Shown: piece after piece, positions 1 through 5,297 of the stretch
How positions within the stretch are numbered: position 1 is the stretch's first letter
How the letters are laid out: every line of letters begins with the position of its first letter
Assembly (NCBI GenBank): GCA_043822705.1
Contig: JBDRBK010000003.1
Span: 1-12,514, forward strand
Direction of reading: 5' to 3'
Source of the DNA: Fidelibacterota bacterium
GTDB taxonomy: Bacteria; Fidelibacterota; Marinisomatia; Marinisomatales; TCS56
Length of the DNA: 12,514 nucleotides
Position numbers and translations under genes: made by a program
The notes under the pieces: model-generated
The model's database searches: none
What the model was told of the DNA's origin: nothing
What the model saw: only the letters and a program-made list of their open reading frames with translations

Positions 1-5
1 GGTAA

Positions 6-28
6 TTTGGGAAATCTCATTTCCCAAA
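6..28. repeat. Perfect 10-bp inverted repeat TTTGGGAAAT-ctc-ATTTCCCAAA (operator or terminator-like hairpin)
   Basis: Arms at 6-15 and 19-28 read directly from the sequence. It extends with GTAA (2-5) and TTAC (31-34) across a 2-nt bulge. It lies 45 bp downstream of the anti-sigma stop in AT-rich intergenic DNA. Confidence 0.85.
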
Positions 29-56
29 ACTTACACAGATATTTTATTCGGTAAAA
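28..56 (-). promoter_or_regulatory. Candidate sigma70-type promoter for a gene beyond the left edge of the window
   Basis: The minus strand reads TTTTACC-gaataaaatatc-TGTG-TAAGTT. This gives a -35-like TTTACC/TTTTAC, a 16-17 nt spacer, an extended -10 TG motif and a TAnnnT -10 at 33..28. Motif match by eye only. Confidence 0.35.
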
Positions 57-73
57 GCTATGAATTTAGCCGG

Positions 74-634
74 CTACTTCTGGTCCTTAACCAGCAACAG
101 CCGATCCTGGTAATCCTGATCGCGCTCCGGCAATGTTTTCAATGCCTCGGTCGAATCTTCAGCCGGCACTTCGTTGGTGGCCAAATCACCGGCCACGTTT
201 TCGACGGTCATTGGTTGCTGATATTCATTGCTAATCTGGTCGGCGACATTTCCAGGTGGCAACGGTACTCCGGCACGGTCGGGAATCAACTGCGACGTGA
301 CAACGATCAGCGCTACGAACACCACCGCCATTAAACCGGCATAGACCGGGGTAAATCCCCATAGCGTCCGCGGTCCGGATTTATCGGGAAATACACTAAA
401 CACTTTTCGTTGCTTCTCTGCTTCCACACGGCGCAACAACTGCACCATGAAATCAGGCGAGGTTCTGACCGGTGTCAGGCCGTGCATGGTAACCAACAGG
501 TTGCGCATTGATTCGACCTGCACGCGACAATCGGGATTAGCACTCAAATAAGCTTCGAATTCCCGACGTTTAGGCAGATTTAAATCGCCTTCTAAATAAT
601 CTGATATGAGGTCTTCAAACTGGTAGCGATCCAT
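74..634 (-). CDS. Putative membrane-anchored anti-sigma factor (zf-HC2/ZAS-like N-terminus with degenerate Zn motif, one TM helix), 186 aa
   Basis: Starts 17 bp after the ECF sigma stop. The N-terminus DLISDYLEGDL...REFEAYLSANPDC matches the zf-HC2 pattern (L.aYldgeL...e.HL..C..C). It is followed by SPDF..xL, a hydrophobic segment VYAGLMAVVFVALIVVTSQLI and an acidic C-terminal tail. Confidence 0.8.
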   Translation of the reverse strand: MDRYQFEDLISDYLEGDLNLPKRREFEAYLSANPDCRVQVESMRNLLVTMHGLTPVRTSPDFMVQLLRRVEAEKQRKVFSVFPDKSGPRTLWGFTPVYAGLMAVVFVALIVVTSQLIPDRAGVPLPPGNVADQISNEYQQPMTVENVAGDLATNEVPAEDSTEALKTLPERDQDYQDRLLLVKDQK

Positions 635-646
635 CGATATGCACTT

Positions 647-654
647 CCTCCTTA
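647..654 (-). promoter_or_regulatory. Shine-Dalgarno TAAGGAGG for the anti-sigma gene, overlapping the sigma factor TAA stop
   Basis: The minus strand reads TAAGGAGG-aagtgcatatcg-ATG, a 12-nt spacer. Confidence 0.7.
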
Positions 655-1224
655 TCTAAAATCTTTAAGAGCTTTCTGCAGTTGCAGTCGCGCCCGATTG
701 ATCCGCGATTTTACTGTACCCAACGGAACATCGACTATGTTACTTATCTCTTCATAGGAAAGTTCCTGAATATCTCTCAGGATGATTACCGTGCGAAAAT
801 GCAGCGGCAGTGATTGAATCGCCACCTGGATCTGTTTTTCGGCATATTGCTCCTGCACCATCTGGTCGGATTCGGCGACAACCGACGGTAACTCGTATTC
901 CTTCTCTTCCCAGCCCATCTGGCTCAGATTGGTGACCTTATGGCGTTTGCGCTTGCGCAATTCGGTCTTGGCCAGGTTTCCGGCAATCGTATAAATCCAG
1001 GTCGAAAATTTGGCGATATTGCGATAGTAATGCCGGTGGGTGTACAATTTCAGCAAAGTATCCTGGGCGATATCCTCGGCCTGCTCGTCATCGTTGACAA
1101 AGCGATAGGCAAAATTCATTAACCGTTCCCGGTAGCGGCTGACCAGCTCGATATAGGCCTGTTCGTCACCTTTTTGAAACCGATCGATCAATTCCTCGTC
1201 GGTATACTGGAATGTTTTATCCAT
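652..1224 (-). CDS. ECF-family (sigma-70 group 4) RNA polymerase sigma factor, RpoE/SigW-like, about 190 aa
   Basis: Region 2 motifs TDEELI..., AEDIAQDTLLKLY and KFSTWIYTIAGN. Region 4 motifs LPLHFRTVIILRDIQELSYEEI and VPLGTVKSRINRAR. I moved the start from 1320 to the ATG at 1224 (MDKTFQY), which overlaps the holA stop by 8 bp and follows GGTGG. Confidence 0.95.
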   Translation of the reverse strand: MDKTFQYTDEELIDRFQKGDEQAYIELVSRYRERLMNFAYRFVNDDEQAEDIAQDTLLKLYTHRHYYRNIAKFSTWIYTIAGNLAKTELRKRKRHKVTNLSQMGWEEKEYELPSVVAESDQMVQEQYAEKQIQVAIQSLPLHFRTVIILRDIQELSYEEISNIVDVPLGTVKSRINRARLQLQKALKDFR

Positions 1225-2200
1225 CACCACCCACCGCCCGGAATAGGAAGACCGTAAGCTCAGATTCATCTGAGGTTGTGGTTGTTTTAATCCGTCGGTC
1301 GATTTCACCGAGTAATCCAAGTGCCCGCTCTACTTCCCCGTAATTATAGCGTTTGCTGAACGCTCCCAGGCGCTTGCGCACCGAAGGAGATAAGGGAATG
1401 TAACCTCCCCGGGCCGGTGAAGTTCCCGCCGTAATCTGGACCAGTAAAATTTCCTGGAACAGGGTCGCCAACTGGTATAAAATATTGATTAGCGAAATTC
1501 CCTGGGACAACAGCGCCTTCCCCAGTAGCAGCGCTTGATCCAGGTTTCTTGAGCCGACGGCGGTCATGAATTCCCATTGGCGGTATTCCCGACGCCAGCC
1601 GGCAAAGCGGTGGACGCTCTCAACGGTCAACTGATCACCGGCATTTAACTCGAGGCATATTTTGATGACTTCGTTGGCGATATGGTAGACCGAATCACCG
1701 GCAACGTCGAGCACGGCACCGACTATCTCTTCCGACACCTGCACTTGATTTTCTTTAAAAAAGTAGATCACCCATTTGCGCAACTCAGATTCGAAGGGTT
1801 TGGCAGTACTGACCGGATCGACCAGTTCCGCCAGGTCCCGCATCAGCGCCAGACGGTTGCCCGATTCATCGTCAATTACGATCAGACAGTGATTCAGTAT
1901 CGGATTTTTACAGTAGTCCAGGAACTGACGCCGGTGCGGCTCCCGCAGTTGCTGCGCATTCCGCAGTGTAAACAGTTTCCGGCTGCTGAACAGGTCGGAA
2001 CGGGTCAGTGCTTCGACCGTTTCCCGGCCGCCGATTTCTTCCGGTAGCAGCAACTGGCGATCGACCGGCGTTCCGGCGAAAAAGGCCTGTTCAATCCGAT
2101 TGATCAGGAATTGCTGCAGGTAATAGTCATCACCCTGCAGCAGATACACCGGCGCAATCTGGCCTGCCTGCAGATTCTGAATGGCGGTCCTGAGTTCCAT
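1217..2200 (-). CDS. holA: DNA polymerase III subunit delta, 327 aa
   Basis: N-terminus IAPVYLLQGDDYYLQQ, SDLFSSRKL (cf. ..LF...rl), VAGDSVYHIANEVIKICL (cf. G.dl..l.nEl.KL) and C-terminal LGEIDRRIKT. The length is typical. Confidence 0.9.
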   Translation of the reverse strand: MELRTAIQNLQAGQIAPVYLLQGDDYYLQQFLINRIEQAFFAGTPVDRQLLLPEEIGGRETVEALTRSDLFSSRKLFTLRNAQQLREPHRRQFLDYCKNPILNHCLIVIDDESGNRLALMRDLAELVDPVSTAKPFESELRKWVIYFFKENQVQVSEEIVGAVLDVAGDSVYHIANEVIKICLELNAGDQLTVESVHRFAGWRREYRQWEFMTAVGSRNLDQALLLGKALLSQGISLINILYQLATLFQEILLVQITAGTSPARGGYIPLSPSVRKRLGAFSKRYNYGEVERALGLLGEIDRRIKTTTTSDESELTVFLFRAVGGDG

Positions 2201-3657
2201 TAATTCAGGCTGTCTTTGGTTTCTGCGGGTGTCAGGATACTTCCAACCACTACGGCGATTGTGGCCATAATGAAGCCGGGCACCAATGAATAGAGCGCGG
2301 TTGACCAGGGTGAATTATCCCAGAGGATCACCGTGGCAAATCCCACCAGCATGCCGGCCAGGACGCCGTTGCGGCTGGTGCGCGGCCACCACAGAGTCAA
2401 GACCAGGGCCGGACCGAAAGCAGCCCCCAGCCCGCCCCAGGCGAACAGAACCTTGTCAAAAATCGATCGCGGCAGTTGTGACAGAAAAATCGCTACGATA
2501 CCGATTATCAACGTCACCAGCCGCGATACCAGCACCAACCGGCGCTGGTCCAGGTCGGGCCGAAAAGTCTGGTGATAAACATCCTCGGCAATGGAGGAGG
2601 TGGTGACCAGCAGCTGTGAATCGGCGGTGGACATCATTGCCGCCAGGGCGCCGCAGATCAAAATGCCGGCGAACCAGGCCGGGAAAATATTAATCGCCAG
2701 TTCAGGCATCATTTTTTCCGGATCGGGGAATGCATCGGGGCCGAAATAGGCTAGCGCCACCAGTCCCATCAGGACGGCGCCACCATAAGCCAGAAACGCC
2801 CAGGCGCCGGCAATTCGCCGCGATACCTTGATATCGGCCGTAGACCGGATACTCATGTAACGCGCCAGTAGGTGCGGTTGCCCCAGATATCCCAGACCGA
2901 CGCCAAAACCGCCAAGAATTCCTGCGAGCAGTTTCCAGCCGTGGCGGCCGCCGGTAATTGCTAAAAATTGCGGATTGATTGCGTCAATACGGGTTTCCAT
3001 TCCGACCCAGCCCCCCAAATACGCAAGCGTGACCAGCGGCAGTACCACCAGGGTAATCAGCATGATCCAGCCCTGAATAAAATCGGTCCAGGCCACGGCC
3101 GTAAAACCACCCAACAGCGTATAAAAAACAATTATGACGGCCCCCACCAGCACCCCGGACAGGTGCTGCCAGCCGAATGCCTGTTCCAGTGATTTACCGG
3201 CGGCGTCAAACTGGGCGGCGATGTAAAAAGCGAAACAGAAGGTGATTATGGCAGTGGCGGTCAATCTGATAACCGGATCGACCGACCGGAATTTCAATTC
3301 GAAGAATCGCGGTAAGGTCAGGGCGCCCAGCCGCTCGCTTTCGGACCGTAATTTTTTAGCGATCAGAAACCACGACGCCAGAATACCGGAAATGCCACCG
3401 ATGGCCGTCCAGAAGGCCGGCTCCAGTTTGGTCCCAGAAGGATCACCCAGACCGGTTGCAAAAGCCAGGCCGGTCAGACCCAGCAGCATCCAGCCGCTTT
3501 CACCGCTGGCCCGTTCGGAAAAAGCCACAACCCACGGACCCAGACGCCGGCCCGCCAGCAGGTAATCGGGTAATGTCTTGGTAATCCTGGCGGCCAGTAC
3601 GCCGACAACCAAAATTACCACCAGATATACTATGAAGCCAATCGCGATGGCCGACAT
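2200..3657 (-). CDS. Sodium:solute symporter (SSS family), closest in pattern to sodium/proline symporter PutP; substrate uncertain, 485 aa
   Basis: Motifs DYLLAGRRLGPWVVAFS, YTLLGGFTAVAWTDFIQG, GLGYLGQPHLLARYM, LAAMMSTADSQLL and AWGGLGAAFGP, with about 13 hydrophobic segments. Its stop overlaps the holA start (TAATG). Confidence 0.9.
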   Translation of the reverse strand: MSAIAIGFIVYLVVILVVGVLAARITKTLPDYLLAGRRLGPWVVAFSERASGESGWMLLGLTGLAFATGLGDPSGTKLEPAFWTAIGGISGILASWFLIAKKLRSESERLGALTLPRFFELKFRSVDPVIRLTATAIITFCFAFYIAAQFDAAGKSLEQAFGWQHLSGVLVGAVIIVFYTLLGGFTAVAWTDFIQGWIMLITLVVLPLVTLAYLGGWVGMETRIDAINPQFLAITGGRHGWKLLAGILGGFGVGLGYLGQPHLLARYMSIRSTADIKVSRRIAGAWAFLAYGGAVLMGLVALAYFGPDAFPDPEKMMPELAINIFPAWFAGILICGALAAMMSTADSQLLVTTSSIAEDVYHQTFRPDLDQRRLVLVSRLVTLIIGIVAIFLSQLPRSIFDKVLFAWGGLGAAFGPALVLTLWWPRTSRNGVLAGMLVGFATVILWDNSPWSTALYSLVPGFIMATIAVVVGSILTPAETKDSLN

Positions 3658-3661
3658 CGCT

Positions 3662-3669
3662 CCTCCTTA
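3662..3669 (-). promoter_or_regulatory. Shine-Dalgarno TAAGGAGG for the symporter gene
   Basis: The minus strand reads gTAAGGAGGagcgATG. Confidence 0.8.
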
Positions 3670-3748
3670 CAAAATTGTCTGCCGTATAATCTTTCCGGCA
3701 TCGATTAGTATTCCTTTACCCGTGCAATAATAAACAAATATGGGTGAA

Positions 3749-4513
3749 TTAACCAACCAAAGTTAGCAGGCCCACGGCCAGGCAATAGATACCGAACCAG
3801 TGAAATCGGCCGGATTTCAATGTCCGCAGGAGGAATTTCAAGGCGACGATCCCGACTGCGAGCGAACTGAGAAAACCGGTCAGTACCGCCGGAGTGATGC
3901 TGGCGGCGGTCCCGGTGGCGGCAATATCCAGAGCATGCAGCACGCCGGCGCCAAGAATCGCCGGTATGGCCAGCAGGAACGAAAATCTTGCAGCCTGTTC
4001 GCCGCTGATACCAAGGAACAGTGCCATGCTGATCGTCGAACCCGACCGCGAGATACCCGGCAGAATCGCTAGCGCCTGGGCCAATCCGATGATAAAGCCG
4101 TTGAGCGGTCCCGGCGTGCACCCACGTTCCCGGGCCCAGCGGGTCAGAATCAGGAGTAGTCCGGTGACCATCAACGCCGCCCCCACCAGTTGAATGCTGT
4201 CGAAGGCTGCTTCGATCCGGTCCTTGAAACCCAGACCGACCACGACGGCCGGTATTGTCCCGATGACAATTGTCAGAATCAGTCGCCAGGTGGCGGCGGT
4301 CCGCAGCGATCGCAGCAACTCCAGCAGATCATCCCTGAACACATAAATGATGCTGCATAATGTCCCCAGATGAACTGCCACCTCGAACACCAGACCGGTC
4401 GTAATGACACCCAGCAGGTGCTCCCCCAGCACCAGGTGCCCGGAACTGCTGATCGGCAGGAATTCGGTGATGCCCTGCAGGATACCAAGTAGAAGCGCTT
4501 CGAATATTGTCAT
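3749..4513 (-). CDS. uppP: Undecaprenyl-diphosphate phosphatase (BacA/UppP), 254 aa
   Basis: Signature motifs GILQGITEFLPISSSGHL, VAVHLGTL, PGISRSGST and AARFSFLLAIPAILGAG in a polytopic membrane protein. Confidence 0.97.
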   Translation of the reverse strand: MTIFEALLLGILQGITEFLPISSSGHLVLGEHLLGVITTGLVFEVAVHLGTLCSIIYVFRDDLLELLRSLRTAATWRLILTIVIGTIPAVVVGLGFKDRIEAAFDSIQLVGAALMVTGLLLILTRWARERGCTPGPLNGFIIGLAQALAILPGISRSGSTISMALFLGISGEQAARFSFLLAIPAILGAGVLHALDIAATGTAASITPAVLTGFLSSLAVGIVALKFLLRTLKSGRFHWFGIYCLAVGLLTLVG

Positions 4514-4530
4514 ATCAAGTTTTAATCCGA

Positions 4531-5247
4531 TTATTTAGGGACCGATTCACCGGAAACCGCTCCGGAGGTAACCTTGGACGACCAGCCGAAACAGGCGAAG
4601 TTACGCCCGGCCTGTGTTCCGTCACGACGATAAGAATGGAATTGTTCGGGATACTGATAAGTGTCAAGTCCGGTATCCAGAATTTTAGCGGAATTCAATC
4701 CACCGGCCGCCAATTGCATTTTAATTGCCCCCGGCAAGTCCAGCCAAAAGCGGTCACCGACACCCGGTTTCAACAGGTCCGGGTGGAAATTCTCCGCCAC
4801 CTCCGGCCCGACCTCAAAATTTTTCTGGCGGATACAGGGTCCGGTCAGAGCGACCAGATTTTCCACCGCCGAACCGGACTGGTGTAAGGCGTCGATCGCC
4901 CGTTCCACGATACCGGCGGCGGCTCCGCGCCAGCCAATGTGGACCAGTCCGATGGTACGACTATGCGGATCGGCCAGATACAGCGGAATGCAATCGGCCA
5001 CCTGCAGGGACAAAACCAGGTCCGGCCGTCTCGTAACCAGCCCGTCCACGTCTTCGTATATACCGGGACTGGTCACGGCCAGAACAGCGGAAGAATGTAT
5101 CTGAACCGGGATACAGAGCTGCCGCGGGTTAAGAGCCAAGGCACTGGCCAGCTGCGCCCGGCCGTCCGGATCGGGCACCGGGACGACCTGATCCGAGAAA
5201 CCGGCGATCAAACCGGGAATATTAAAATAACGGGAAAAATCGAGCAT
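4531..5247 (-). CDS. pgeF: Peptidoglycan editing factor PgeF / YfiH-family purine nucleoside phosphorylase (laccase-domain protein), 238 aa
   Basis: Motifs QIHS, DGLVT, VADCIPL, HIGWRG, GPCI...FEVGPEV and FHSYRRDG. The His-Cys-His triad is present. Confidence 0.92.
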   Translation of the reverse strand: MLDFSRYFNIPGLIAGFSDQVVPVPDPDGRAQLASALALNPRQLCIPVQIHSSAVLAVTSPGIYEDVDGLVTRRPDLVLSLQVADCIPLYLADPHSRTIGLVHIGWRGAAAGIVERAIDALHQSGSAVENLVALTGPCIRQKNFEVGPEVAENFHPDLLKPGVGDRFWLDLPGAIKMQLAAGGLNSAKILDTGLDTYQYPEQFHSYRRDGTQAGRNFACFGWSSKVTSGAVSGESVPK

Positions 5248-5297
5248 CGTTCGAGTATGTATCCGGCAGTTTCATCGGTATCTATGCTGATAGCAGG

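Noticed and set aside
537..545. TTAGCACTC, identical to the left half of a CIRCE (HrcA) element
   Set aside because: The right arm GAGTGCTAA is absent 9 nt downstream (the sequence is TCGAATTCC), and the site is inside a coding region.
1225..1320. 32-aa N-terminal extension of the sigma factor in the ORF track
   Set aside because: It overlaps the holA coding region. The ATG at 1224 gives a typical ECF length and a normal short overlap.
3658..3748. Internal promoter or hairpin in the AT-rich 91-bp uppP-symporter spacer (TGCCG...CGGCA; TTGCAC on the minus strand; TATAAT on the plus strand)
   Set aside because: The stem is only 5 bp, and I found no properly spaced -35/-10 pair on the coding strand. 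A promoter is plausible but not supportable.
5222..5275. 17-aa minus-strand mini-ORF (MKLPDTYSNDARFFPLF) overlapping the pgeF start in another frame; possible leader peptide or frameshift remnant
   Set aside because: It has no SD and no telling residue bias, and pgeF already has near-normal length with all motifs.
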